From positions 8,618,001 to 8,682,000 of the forward strand of contig OZ024762.1 of the NCBI GenBank assembly GCA_964016885.1: a DNA stretch of 64,000 nucleotides, in the 5' to 3' direction. The position numbers and the translations under genes are program-made. This document shows, one piece after another, positions 14,131 to 26,907 of this stretch (positions are counted from its first letter, which is position 1; every line of letters begins with the position of its first letter). This DNA is from Eledone cirrhosa (Eukaryota). The notes beneath the pieces were generated by a model, which was not told the origin of the DNA, searched no databases, and saw only the letters and a list, made by a program, of their open reading frames with translations.

Positions 14131-16470
14131 TACATAATAAACAACAGAATGGAAAACATTCAGACAGAGAAGAATGGATAATGAGCGTCGTAAGAGAAAT
14201 TGGCCAACAATTAATATTAATGGAAATGTAGAAGAATTTCATATTAGTGATATGAATGTTTCGTGTGATCACTGTGGAGCTTTGAAATTTAGAAATGAAA
14301 ATTGTAACTGTTGTAATAAAGGAAAGGTTGTGTTGCCTCCATTGCAAATATACCCTGAGAGACTGAGAAATCTCTTTGAAAGAGGCCAGGAAGCAGTTGA
14401 TTTCACAGAAACATCTGCAATTAAAACTACATTTATTTCACTTCATTTCGTGTTAAACTTGCCTTACCACCCGGCAGAGGCCCGTATAGCTTTCATATTC
14501 AGGGTCAAACATATCACTACACCCCCACCTCTGTAACCTGCAGAAAATACACCACAATATGGCCAGTTATATATTATTGATGGGAATGAAGCTGTGTAGC
14601 ACAGATTGGAAGTACCACCAAATAATTGTTTCTGGCACAAGGTCAGCAATTACTCCAGTGTATTACTGGTACTTTATTTATCGACCTCATAAGGATGAAA
14701 ACAAAGTCAACCTTGCAGGGATTTGGACCCAGAACGCAATGGGCCATAACCCTATGCTGCAAAGCATGGTGTCTGACGCTCTACCGATACTGCCAATCTA
14801 CTGCCCTAGTGCCAACAAATAATGACTGCTCACCACAAAAAATGACTATGATAAGAGAGGTGTTGCATGAATGTAATCCATATGTCGAAGTGTACAATAC
14901 AATGCATGGCATCAAACAGCAAAGTGCAAGAAGAGAAAATTGTCGTGTACAGAACTGTGAATTAAGATTTAGAAGAGGATCAGATATGAGCTGCGATAAT
15001 TTACCAACTAGTAATGATAGCTGTTGTTTTGTGGGGGATTGACGGCACACCACCTGTACAAAGAGATATTATCATCTTTCCTAAAGACCATCCTCCTCAG
15101 AAAATACCACATAATTCATGCCACTTGAACCTCATGACCGACCCATAATGGTGAATTTTGGTGGCATAGTGACATGGAGAGGAATGCAGGACCTGTGTTT
15201 GCAATAGACTGACAATGCAGGAGTATTACATATACTGTATAGCATATAGAGGAGGATTTAGTGCGATATATAGAACAGGTAAATTATTTTAGCAGTATTT
15301 AGTGGATGCCTATATGAAAGTAGAGGGATGCAGGCTTCAATATTTGAGGAACAATCAAGCCCAATTGTGAGTGGATGAGTATAATGGTTTAATGAATTAT
15401 CTAAACAGATGATAACACTGAGCCTTAAGAAATGAAGGCAAGATAAGAAACAGAGAAGACATTGACAGAATCGTGTCAGCAGAAATACCTGCATTGGAAG
15501 ATGATCCAGTACTACATGAGCAGGTTTAAAAGTTTATGATCCACGGGCCATGTGGTTCTGGAAACCCTTTTTCCCCATTTATACAAAATGGATTTTTCCA
15601 AAAGAACTATCCATAAACCTACAGAAGGGAAACATTATTGAATCTAAATGGATACCCAGAGTACAGGAACTGCAGTGTAAATTGGATGACATTCAGTAGA
15701 TAACAGGAAGGTTGTGCCATTTAATGCCTTTTTGCTTAAGAAATATTGTGCACATATTAATGTTGAAGCTTGCCCTTCTGTAAAAAGTGTCAAGTACCTC
15801 TTTAAATATGTTACATGGGGCATGATTGTACAACTATAGAAGTAACGAATAATGCATTACCTAATAAGGCTCAGAACCAACACAACCATGATGAAATAAG
15901 AACCTATCTTTGTTGCAGGTATGTGTCTCAGCCAGAAGCAGTGTCGTGTCTCTCGGAATTTAAGCTTCATGGTACATCACATACAGTATACAAACTAGAC
16001 ACACACCTGGAGAACAAACAGAGTTTACTTTCAAAGAGGCAATGCTCAGGTTGCAGTAGAAATACAGGGACACCGAGACACTACCCTTGCTGCCTGGTTC
16101 AAGCTAAATGAACTTCTGAACTTGCTTACACCTTCTGGGATGCCGCCTCACAAACTCCAATTAAAAGCAGGATCAATAATAATGCTTCTATGGAATATTT
16201 CAATCCAGAACAGATTATGTAATGGCACAAGATTAGAAGTAGTGGAACTGCATAAACATTTTATCGAAGCTTCTCATACCTATGGTCCTTTGATGGGCAG
16301 GTGTGTTTTGATCCCATGACTGAAGTTAGCTCCCAGTGGTGCCAACATCCCTTTTACTTTGGAAAGACCCCAGTTTCCATTAAGACTGTCATATGCCATG
16401 ACAATCAACAAGAACCATGGTCAAATACATGATAAAGTGGGTCTGTTCCTCTCTGAGCAAGTATTTAACC
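14131..16470 (+). mobile_element. Internally deleted Helitron RepHel, next array copy
   Basis: ORF translations identical to those of 5930-8269. Confidence 0.92.
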
Positions 16471-16889
16471 CTGTGTGAGATGCACAATGTTGCATGGTAG
16501 TGAGACATGGGCAGCAACTGCAGAGGATATGCGAAGGCTGAAGAGAAATGAAGTAAGCATGCTCCATTGGATTTGCAATGTCAATGTGCGTGAAAGACCA
16601 AGTATGGACGAGTTGAGAGTGAAACTCTATAAGAAGGATAAACTGCAGTGTGCGGGAGAAAAGACTGCGTTGGTATGGCCATGCGATGCGTATGCAGGAT
16701 TACCGCAGGGTGAAGAAGTGCCAAGTAATCCCAGTGGGAGGAATATGCAGTAGAGGAAGACCAAGGAAGATATGGGCAGAGGTAGTGAGAGCTGACCTCA
16801 GATCGTTGAAGCTCAGAGGAGATGGTGAAGGAGAGATGCTGCACTGAAGAGGATCTGTCCCACCCTTATAAGCAGGGAAAAGTGGATGA
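16471..16889 (+). mobile_element. RTE-clade LINE 3' fragment, array copy 3
   Basis: Same sequence as 47-465. Confidence 0.88.
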
Positions 16890-18805
16890 TATATATATAT
16901 ATATGAGGATGATATATATATATATATGTCCCACCCTTGCAAACAGGGAAAAGCAGATGTAAAATGAAAATGATGATATATATATAGATAGATAGATAGA
17001 TATGTATATATATATATATATATATATTTATACTTATATGTGATGGTGGCTACAGGTGCCAAGAGGAAGAAGCCGGACAATCCTCTGATATTTGTTTATC
17101 TTCCTTTCCTTCGTGGGCCGTGGTACCCGGGTTTGTGGCCGAAGCGACCAGGTTGAAATCAGCCACCGGTGGTTGATATCACCAGGTTAGGAAACCCTGG
17201 TTTAGTCGCTCCAGTTATTACTTCGTTAGACATAGTCAGTAATTGAAATTAAAGCTTAAAGGTGTACTAAAGCCACAAACGTTTTTCTATCTATGAATTA
17301 TTAGTGGTGTAAACAGATGAATTAAAGTCAAAGCTAACAAATATATCACCAAGAAGAATATCTAAGGATTTCCAAAGTGTAAAGTCAGCTCAAGCCTGGA
17401 GACTTATCAAGCAGGTGCCTGTCCCAGTTCCTGTAGCGTAAAGAGACTGAGAGTACATGACTTCCCCCTGGACATGATGTCAGTCCATCGCAGGGTTAAC
17501 CCCCCACCTATGTGAAATGAAGTTTTTGCTCAAGTAAAACAACTAACAACACAGTCCAGGAATCGAATACACATATGATCGTAAGACCACGGGCCTCCAC
17601 TATCGAAGGATCTACCCTTCATTAAAGAATAAATTAGACTTATGCTTACGTCGCCGACATAATTATGGTCGGAAAGGACATTACTGAAAAAAGAATGAAC
17701 AACTAAAGGAAGACAACAGAAACGGTCCCTCCTATCTGAAATATTAAGGAAGGAATCTACACAGAAGGGCCCATCTTCCTACCGAAATAATTATTTTAAC
17801 AAGCCTACATCCTACTGAGCCCAAGAAAGGGGCCTCATAACTAGAACAGGCCTCATTTGTCCTAAATACGGAGCTGACTTTACATATAATTATATATATG
17901 CATATGTATATATATAGTATGTGTGTATGTGTATGAAGATGTATGACCCCTAGCAAGCCAAACTACAGTTACTCCCAAACATGGAGAGCAAATTAAAATA
18001 TTACCTGTTAGAGACGAACGTGAAATGATTTGTTAGTCAACTACCGGTGTAACAGTAATTATGTTACCGGTGTAACTATTTCTGTTTACCTTATTTTTAA
18101 ATCACACTCCTATATTAGTTTAGTGACCTTTCAATTCAAATAAATTCTTGATGATGAGTGAACTCGCATCGGAGTAGCCCAACGCCTTGGCCTCCGCGTG
18201 TGTGAGCCACATAAATACTCTCAACGACATAATGAGAAGAAGCCTAGACGCAGCTGACTTTCCATCTCAACAGGAGCCAGCAGGCCTAGGCCGCGGAGAT
18301 GGCAAGCACCCCGAGGGAATCACCCTCTTCCCATTCGAAGGAGGTAGATCCACAAACCCCAGCATCGCTGCCCGTCTCGCAGATGAACATAAAATAAACA
18401 AATTCCGGTGTTTGTCCTGGAGCCTCTTCTATACGCACCAGCCGCCGTCGAGACCCCAGGTCAACTTGGACCCATTACAGCCGAGCTCCTCCGCAACATC
18501 GGAGTGTCTGTGGCCCGTCTGAGGATGGAGTCCCACGAGGTTGGATGGTTGTTGCAGCAGGTGTCACTGCCCTTACATATATATACGTAAATGTTCCCTT
18601 GACTGCTATTTCTAGCATATATTAATAGACACTTTAGAAACAGCACTAAAAATCAGGAAACAACAGTGTGTGTCTGTATATATATACACAGAGAGAAAGA
18701 GAGAGAGAGAGAGATAGAGAGAGCAGCCAAAGACACGCACACACGCACATACACATACACACAGGTGTATGTCTGCGTGTATGTATATATATGTGTGTGT
18801 CTTTG

Positions 18806-18877
<72 letters not shown>

Positions 18878-19002
18878 CAGTGATCCCCCTCGCAACCTTT
18901 AATTAAACAAACCTGCTATGAAGCGACAATCAAATTAAACACCAAAATGTAAACAAACAGCCCATAGGTGCTGCCGGATACACGATAACATGTGTAGACG
19001 AA

Positions 19003-20280
19003 GTAAAACATTTATTACTGTAATATAAAGTAGAAACCCCTTATTTAAACAAAGCTGCGATGCAGCGATGATCAAAACAAACTTCTCGTAGGTGCTGCCA
19101 GATACACGATAACATGTGTATACGAAGTGTATCTGGAAGCTTGGTCGTATTATATCACTTTCAAATTGACCCCTATTATATTCAAATTATCCCCTGTGGG
19201 GCGTGCACCCCACGTTGAGAATCCCTCATAAATAAATATATGTGAGTGTGTTGCTATGACTGCTATTTCTAGCAGGTTTACTGCAGTACTGTAGACGCAC
19301 AACAAAAACCGGAAGTGGCAGCCATTAAAAAACTTTGGCTTAAAATCAGGCAAAAGTTTTTTAACAATTTGCCAAGAAAGATAACCCTTGTCTTACTTAA
19401 TCGCAAAAATCGAGGCAAAAATTTTGCGGGTGTTTAGTTTATTTAGTGTATTTGACTGCTATTTCTAGCATGTATGGACACTTTAGAAATAGCAGCGAAA
19501 AACGGAAAACAGCAGAACGAAGGACACACACCTATATATATATATATATATATATACCAGCTATACACTCACCCATACATATATATATACCAGCTATACA
19601 CACCCATATCTACGTATAGGTGTGTGTGCGCGCGTGTATATATATATAAATATTTAAATGTATATATATCTGTGCATATATATATGTATATATATATATA
19701 TATATATATACAGATACATAATTATATATCTATATACGTGTGTGTCCTTCTTTCTTATGTTTTCCGTGTTTCGCTGCTATTTCTAAAGTGTCCATATATG
19801 CTAGAAAAAGCAGTCAAATACACCAAACAAACTGCACACCCGCAAAATTTTTGCCTCGATTTTTGCGATTAAGTAAGACAAGAGTTATCTTTCTTGGCAA
19901 ATTGTTAAAAAACTTTTGCCTGATTTTAAGCCAAAGTTTTTTAATGGCTGCCACTTCCGGTTTTTGGTGTGCGTCTACAGGACTGCAGTAAACCTGCTCG
20001 AAATAGCAGTCATAGCAACACACTCACATATATTTATTTATGAGGGATTCTCAACGTGGGGTGCACGCCCCACAGGGGATAATTTGAATATAATAGGGGT
20101 CAATTTGAAAGTGATATAATACGACCCAACTCCCTGTTACACTTCGTATACACGTTATCGTGTATCTGGCAGCACCTGCGAGAAGTTTGTTGACATTTTG
20201 GGGTTTGCTTTGATGATCGTTGCATCGCAGCTTTGTTTAAATAAACGGTTTCTACTTTATATTACAGTAATAACACTTTT
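19003..20280. repeat. Foldback, array copy 3 (spacer ~130 bp longer)
   Basis: Same arms, with extra spacer sequence at ~19590-19700. Confidence 0.93.
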
Positions 20281-20918
20281 CCAAGACTCGGATTGTTTTT
20301 ATATTAAAGGGGGGACATAAACATATTTTAAATGTCGAGGTGGGGCATGGTGCAGAGAAGGTTTTAAACCACTGATATATATTTATTTATGCCCTTCTTT
20401 CTGTTGTTTTTTTAAACTCTGAACTCAGCATCTTTCTGTTGTTCTCCGGGATTCAACCTCAGACTCGAAAAAGCCGCCGCTAGTCATGATTGTTGGGGTT
20501 ATAATTCGACTAAAGTGCTTCCACTGGGCACCATTAGCTGGTTGTGATCATTGGAGAATTTTTTCTGCGCTGAAAGAGCCTAGGACTAAAAGATATATAT
20601 ATAGATGTCGAAACGGCAGTTGCACAGCCGTTGGGGTCCTGAATATTTTCACATCTATATGTGTGTGTATTCTGCGACATTTATAATTACATAAGCAAGC
20701 ATATTTGAATAACAAAATTTGAGGTTTACATACTTTATTTTTTACCAATAACATAGAGAAAGGCATGAACAACACCACATGTTAATTACTTTAATATTGA
20801 AAGTAGGCTTATAAATATTAAAAAAGCAGATTTTTGTAGCTTTCATGGTGGTCTGGTGGGTGATACCAGAGATGGTGGAGGTCCTGGTTTGGGTTTCAAT
20901 CCTGGTCATGGGTTACAT

Positions 20919-21110
20919 GCTCATAGGCAGACTATGAAGGAGTATGCATTAATTTCTACTCTCCTTATTAATAACTGTATTGTTTCTTTCCATTTGGTCA
21001 GTCGGCCCTCTTACATATATAAACCTAAACTTTTACAAAGAAACGGAACTTCTCTACACAGGAAAATTTTACATCCATCTTTGAAGAAATGTAAATAAAC
21101 TGTCATATCT
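20919..21110 (+). mobile_element. Truncated mariner-like MITE fragment at the array end; longer copy at 24151-24400
   Basis: GCTCATAGGCAGACTATGAAGGAG...GGTCAGTCGGCCC matches 24168-24290, which begins CGAGGGTCAGCTGAAAAG (mariner-type TIR). Confidence 0.55.
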
Positions 21111-21859
21111 ACAGTAGCCCTTCTTTAGTACTGAGTTGGTCTAGGTAGACCCATCCAATCTTTGCTAGCAGGAGAAGCAGATGCTGATATATATATATAA
21201 AAGGGCCGAAAGGACACTTCAGTTGTGCCACAGTACAGCAATCTCCCTAGTGTTGGTGATCTAAATGATAAACGCACCCAGTACATGCTGTAAAATGGTC
21301 AGTGATAGGAGGGGCAACCAGCAGTAGAAAGCTTGCCAAAGAAAGGGTTGGGAAGACTCTTCAGTAGTGCCAAAGACATGACAAGCTCTCCTGTACACTC
21401 AGTAGAATGTGAAACTGTACTTAAATGAGATACAGACCCCTAGCCTGATCAGTAGTCCCACTTCAGTACTGACTTGGTCTACCAGTTCAACCCTTGCTAT
21501 CACAAAATAATAATGATAAAGACATATATACCACCAGATCTGTCGTCTTCTATTTTATCTTTTCTAAGCCTCAGTGCCATTCTTCTTTGTCTGTAAATTG
21601 CACTGCTGTCCATAGGCAGTAGAGGATCTGACACCATGCTTTGGAGGATAGTTACAGCCCTTTATGATCCGAATTCAAATCCCGCCGAGGTTAACTTTGC
21701 CTTTCATCATTACGGGGTCGATAAAATAAAGTACCAGTAATGCACTGAGATAATTGCTGGCCTTGTGCAAAAAAGTAGAAACAATTATTTTTTTCTATTT
21801 CTCTCTTTTCACTGAGCCCTCACACAGTCCTCTCCCTTCTGTCAGTTAATGCTCTTGGG

Positions 21860-21950
21860 ATAATTGTTCATCTCCCTTACCATCCTCCGGGGAAACGCCT
21901 TCTCCATCCTGTCCGCCGGGACTGTGGGGCGGCCAGCACGTGGGACCCCA
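21860..21950 (+). mobile_element. CRE-like LINE extreme 3' fragment
   Basis: Translates to SLTILRGNAFSIL. Confidence 0.5.
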
Positions 21951-23012
21951 TTTTCTCATAATACAGAGAGATAGGGAGGCGATGATAGTGGCAGTTCGGC
22001 TCTTCTGTGTTCAGATCTGATGTACAGCGTCAGTGGTCCGTAAGGTGGTAAAAGTAGCATGCTTTTCCTCGTCCTTTCGTTCTTTGGCTTCTGTTATAAG
22101 CTGATACCTGTCCAGTCTCTTCTCTCCCTCTCGCTTTTGATTTTTCATCATTGTGTAATTTGTCGAAAGGTATAACTTGTCCCATCTTCGTCTCTACCTG
22201 GTTTTGTTATGTTTTAATATGCACTGAAATAAATGGTATCAACCTTAATGACACAAAACTGTAGTGACTTCCGGAGGCCAGCCAGCTCCAATTGTGAAGG
22301 GAAACCAGTTGCACCGAGGCTCCTTCTAATGCTACTGTAGTAGAAATATTTCCCATATCATATATAAGAAATGAATTATGTACGTTGAAATATCCGATAT
22401 GATATAGAAAATAATGTTTCGTTTGGATAATAATTACGTGAAAGTCAAACTTACCATTTTATTGTTTTCATCCATAACATGTGCTACCTTTGACAGTTAG
22501 CCACACTTTCGGATTTTCACCGTGTAAAGTGTTATTTCTATTATTAAATTTAAATTTTGTTATTTACTTCTTGCCAGTTATATTGTACTGTTTATAGAAA
22601 TAAACATATTTTTATTAAATTCTAATCCTACTTCCATGTAATCTGTAAATGAAATTATCAAGAAATGGGGTGGAATAAAGCAAAGGCAATTTGAAATATC
22701 TACACCGGTATTTTCAAAACAATCTTAAATACTGTATTGTGTTTATATTTTCATTCTGTACGAACTATAAACAATGTGTAATGTTATTTATATAACTGTG
22801 ACCTTCGGAAAATAAAATATACTCGGTTTAAAAATAAAGATCTTAGTGTATGGCTGTACTTTAGAACATTGGCTAATATGTTTACATAGACGTTCTCCAG
22901 CCCCTGACCCACAAATATGCTGTCTTATCTCTTTAGCTGTCTTCTACAGATGAAGATGAAATACAGCATATATACACAAACGTACACATCTCTCTCTCTC
23001 TATATATATATA

Positions 23013-23388
23013 TAATATTAATAAATGTAGACATTTACGTAATCAAAATATATTTTATTATATATATTTCGGAGATAGTGTGCTGTTTTTTCAGTACGTC
23101 CTCATCAGATAAAATACATAAATTGATGTATGACATACCTCAACTGTGCTGATGGTTCAATTCCAGTCTGCCAAGACTGGAATTGAACCATCAGGACGTA
23201 CTGAAAAAACAGCACAGTACCTCCGAAATATATATAATAAAATATATTTTGATTACGTAAATGTCTACATTTATTAATATTTTGAATTAATATTAATAAC
23301 CCCAGAAAACTTTCTTGTTGGGTGCTTCTAAACTATTGTAAAACTATATTCATTGATTAATCAATTAACCTTGTTTAACTTTTGGTTA
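23013..23388. mobile_element. (TA)n-flanked foldback element carrying a hammerhead (family B)
   Basis: Inverted arms 23013-23102 / 23193-23281, an internal perfect hairpin at 23149-23194, and a tail shared with 54470-54565. Confidence 0.75.
23051..23116 (-). ncRNA. Type I hammerhead ribozyme motif
   Basis: Minus strand: TATTTTAT CTGATGA GGA..TCC GAAA TATATA TA ATAAAATA. Perfect 8-bp stem I and palindromic stem III. Confidence 0.8.
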
Positions 23389-24506
23389 TATATATATATA
23401 TATATATATATAGCGAAAGGCCTTCAAAATGTTTTTAAATAAACATACAGTATATTATTAAATATACAATACGTACATTGATAAAGAAAATCTGTTGAGT
23501 GCTTCTAATCTGTTATAAATAATCAACAAACAAACTAACTCATTGTTTATATATATCGTGGGTTAACGACTGTTTCCATGAATGGTTTAGACGAGTAAAA
23601 GTGATAAAGCACAGAAGTGTATTAAAGATTGTTTTTCTTTAATCCTACAGAATGAATAATTTTATAATTATTACATTGTGGATTCAAATTTTGTCAAATA
23701 ATCAATTTTAGGATTTATTGAACCCTCATTAAAAGATGTGTATATCAACCACACAATGTGGGAGTTGGACTCCATCAAGGGTGCGTACAGTCACCTCTCC
23801 TGTTCATTATTTTCATGCTTTCCAACATAGTTACGTCCCATTACGATCTGAGTTCAAATCCCGCCGAGGTTGACTTTGCCTTTCATCCTTACGGGGTCGA
23901 TAAAATAAAGTACCAGTAATGTACTGGGATAATGTGCTGGCCTTGTGCCTAAAGTAGAAACAATTATTTTCATGAACAGGATTGACATACACAGCCAGGT
24001 TGGAAGTGGTATCGTGACTGGCACGTGTAAAATCAGTCGGGCTGGAATTTACTGAAGACATGGTGCTACTTAACTTGACAGAAGGTGATCTCTGACATGA
24101 ACTTGATAGGTTTGATATAGAGTGGTTATATAAACATTCTTCTGTACAAACGAGGGTCAGCTGAAAAGCTCATAGTCTGACTATGAAGGAGTGATGCTAG
24201 AACAGTGAAATCTTGCATGCATTAATTTCAACTCCCCTTATTAATAACTGCATTGTGTTTCTTTCCATTTGGTCAGTCGGCCCTTTTACATATATACTTC
24301 TGATTCTCTTTTTTACTAAGAAACAGAAATAACCTTCTCTACACAGGAAAATATTACTGCCATCTTCAAAGGAATGTAAATAAACTGCCAGTAACTTCAG
24401 CTCTCCAGAAAATAACAAACAAATATTATAGTTATAAGATTTTAATTTAAATATTATCAGATGTTAATCAAATAAGATTTAAAGTTACATATATATGTAA
24501 ATGCGA

Positions 24507-24645
24507 AGGCGCATGGCTTAGTGGTTAGAGCGTCGGGCTTACAATCCTGAGGTTGTGAGTTTGATTCTCAGACCGGGCTGTGTTGAGTTCTTGAGCAAAA
24601 CACTTTATTTCATATTGCTCCAGTTCACTCAACTGTAGAAATGAG
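24507..24645 (+). mobile_element. tRNA-derived SINE family 2 (other copies ~41943-42080, 47405-47556, 61310-61452, 62425-62560, 63470-63605)
   Basis: A-box TGGCTTAGTGG and B-box-like GAGTTTGATTCTC, followed by the conserved TTGAGCAAGACACTT body. Confidence 0.8.
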
Positions 24646-25189
24646 TTTACCCAGCTATGGGTTAAATACCCTCACCAACCCACAATTGGCCTAGTGTGGT
24701 GAGTACGGCTACAACCCTGACATGACCAAACAGAAAACGGTGGAGGTCAATCAGGGAAGGGCTCCTCCAGTAGGAGTAAAAAGGGCCTGGCTTGAATTGA
24801 ATATATGTAAATAACAAAAAGGCCCCCCTCAGTCATCATCATTGCTTAACGTCCATCTTCCACATTAGCATGAATGACAATGAAGTTTGACCTTAAAAAG
24901 TTCTCTCCGTGGCACAAGCCACAACAAGGTGTTTTTGTGGAAGACTAACAGTCACCCATGCACCAATCTCCCCTCACCACGCCACCAAATTTGTCCAATG
25001 GAAAGGCTAATCCAACTTAGCCCCAGTGATGTCGCAACTCATTTCTACAGCTGAGTGAACTGGTGCATCATGAAATAAAGTGTTGCTCAAGGACAGAATG
25101 CATCACCCAATCCAAGAATCAAACTCAAACCTTACAATTGTGTATTCACATATATGCAAGTATTTTATCATAAATTTTAGTTTGGAATG

Positions 25190-25500
25190 TTTTCTCAATA
25201 AATATTTTCTTCCTTCTTTATATATTTGCTTATGTTTAATAACAGTTTTTGAACAAGCATAATTTTCCCAAATTTAACATCAGGATTTCCCCAATGTTTT
25301 TCTGTTCTTCCAATCCCGTTGATTGAGAGTGTGTCTCTGTAAGAAACTTTAAAATATATTTCTCCAGAATGGTTTCCAATATATTTTACATTCATATATT
25401 ATTTCTCCAGTCTGTATTCAGTTAAGAACTACATGTGTAGACTTCACACTGAATGTTTCACAACGATATATATACAGTTGTTCTCCAGTATTCACAGGGC
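25190..25500 (-). pseudogene. Heavily decayed C2H2 zinc-finger relic
   Basis: Minus strand gives NTGEQLY.YRCETF and QTGEIIYECKIYWKPF, which are linker/finger remnants. Confidence 0.4.
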
Positions 25501-26327
25501 TTACATTCTTAGAGCACCCACGAATATTAGACGTGGTTAAAAAAATGCCTATAAACATCAAAATATAATAAAAAAAAGAGGGAACGTCATATGCGGAGGG
25601 CGTCCAATAGGCCAGCAAATACGGTATATGATTATTAATAATTTAGTATTAAAAAATATATATATTGCCACGAAAAAAGCAATAAAAAAATTGCAGAAGA
25701 TATTTATGATTCCGCGAATATGTGGTGGTTTCCACAAAGATTTATTAGTTAGGTTCTAAGGAAAATTCCGTGAATAACCAGGGTGTATAAAAAAAATATA
25801 TACATATATTTAAAGTTACATTTATATGTAAATAACATTAATCCCGGGCCAGAGAATTAAATTCTCTACCCACACGAAACCGTTTCTCTCACTATTTAGC
25901 ATATTAGTGTGCACTCTGTTTTCCTTTTTGGTTGGTATCTTAATGATACTGGCTTGATTAAAGCATCGATATATTGGTCCTTCTGATGACTTTGTTTTAA
26001 TATTATATATTGTTATACTTTGGGAGGGTCATGCTGCCAATAAAAACACATGCACTAGTTGGTTTTTACTGGCAGCATGACCCTCCCAAAATATAACAAT
26101 ATCTGTTTCAACATGTTTTCAGATAGGAAATCTTGCAAAACAAATTAAAAAACGGTATATATATATAATAGAAAAAAGTGAGGAAATTTCGTTTACATAT
26201 GGAAAAAATTTATTGCGTATTGACCTGTTACACTTTTTCTATTATATACACACTGCTTGTGCAGAGAATGCTTGATTTGGTAGCAACACCAGTATTTCAC
26301 CATACAACCTACACTGTATATATATAT

Positions 26328-26595
26328 ATATCACAGAAAAAAGAGAATCGGTGTTGTGACGAAAGGAATTTATTGGACATATTACAATTGTTTCTCGGCC
26401 GATCGATATGGTGATCAAACCTGACTCTGAAATCACGCGGTCGTCGGATATGTCTCAATTCTACAAAGCAGATTTTCCTATTGTCCTCTAACATCGAATT
26501 CCTTCATGTGTTGATTTAGATCCTGTTGTCATTCCATGAGTGGTCAAGAATTGTACACGTCACCGGTATTTCTGATTCTCTTTTTTCTGTGATAT
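26328..26595. mobile_element. Element with 22-bp terminal inverted repeats and a variant hammerhead (family C)
   Basis: ATATCACAGAAAAAAGAGAATC ... GATTCTCTTTTTTCTGTGATAT. Minus 26376-26454 reads GACATAT CCGACGA..GAAA CAATTG TA ATATGTC. Confidence 0.6.
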
Positions 26596-26779
26596 CATTC
26601 TACTCTGCTCTACGAGGACATCGAGTGCTCATACGGCCTACCGCATATGGACGCTTTAAGCATCCAACACCAATTTTATATATATATTAGTCCAGTGTGT
26701 ATTCATTTGTCAACTTAAAGTTTATAATTCACAAATATGGACATCAAAAATACATTAGTGAAATGGTTTCTCTCAAAGA

Positions 26780-26860
26780 TAAGCACATCTGTAAACTACT
26801 AGATGATAATTCAAAGAAAATGATTTCCCACATATTTCACCATGATAATTGTTCTTCAAT
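26780..26860 (-). pseudogene. Decayed C2H2 finger downstream of the ZNF stop codon
   Basis: Minus strand translates YHGEICGKSFSLNYHLVVYRC, with a Cys and the His ligands lost. Confidence 0.65.
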
Positions 26861-26907
26861 GTTAGTGGACATTAACTTTAGATTTGAAGAGAAAAAATAA
26901 TAATTTC

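Larger units (their letters stand above)
1..20918. repeat. Tandem array of ~8.2 kb unit (units: <1-4408, 4409-12609, 12610-20918)
   Basis: Identical ORFs recur at offsets 8223 and 8201 (51/8274/16475; 5973/14174). Similarity stops after GG(C/T)TACAT at 20918, equivalent to 4408 and 12609. Confidence 0.97.

Noticed and set aside
22020-22200. U2 snRNA-like look on the plus strand; gag Zn-knuckle-like RGKACYFYHLTDH on the minus strand
   Set aside because: No U2 branch-recognition or Sm motifs; the knuckle lacks ligands and is too short to support.
24507-24580. tRNA gene
   Set aside because: A/B boxes run into a SINE body, no complete cloverleaf is evident, and there are many diverged copies.
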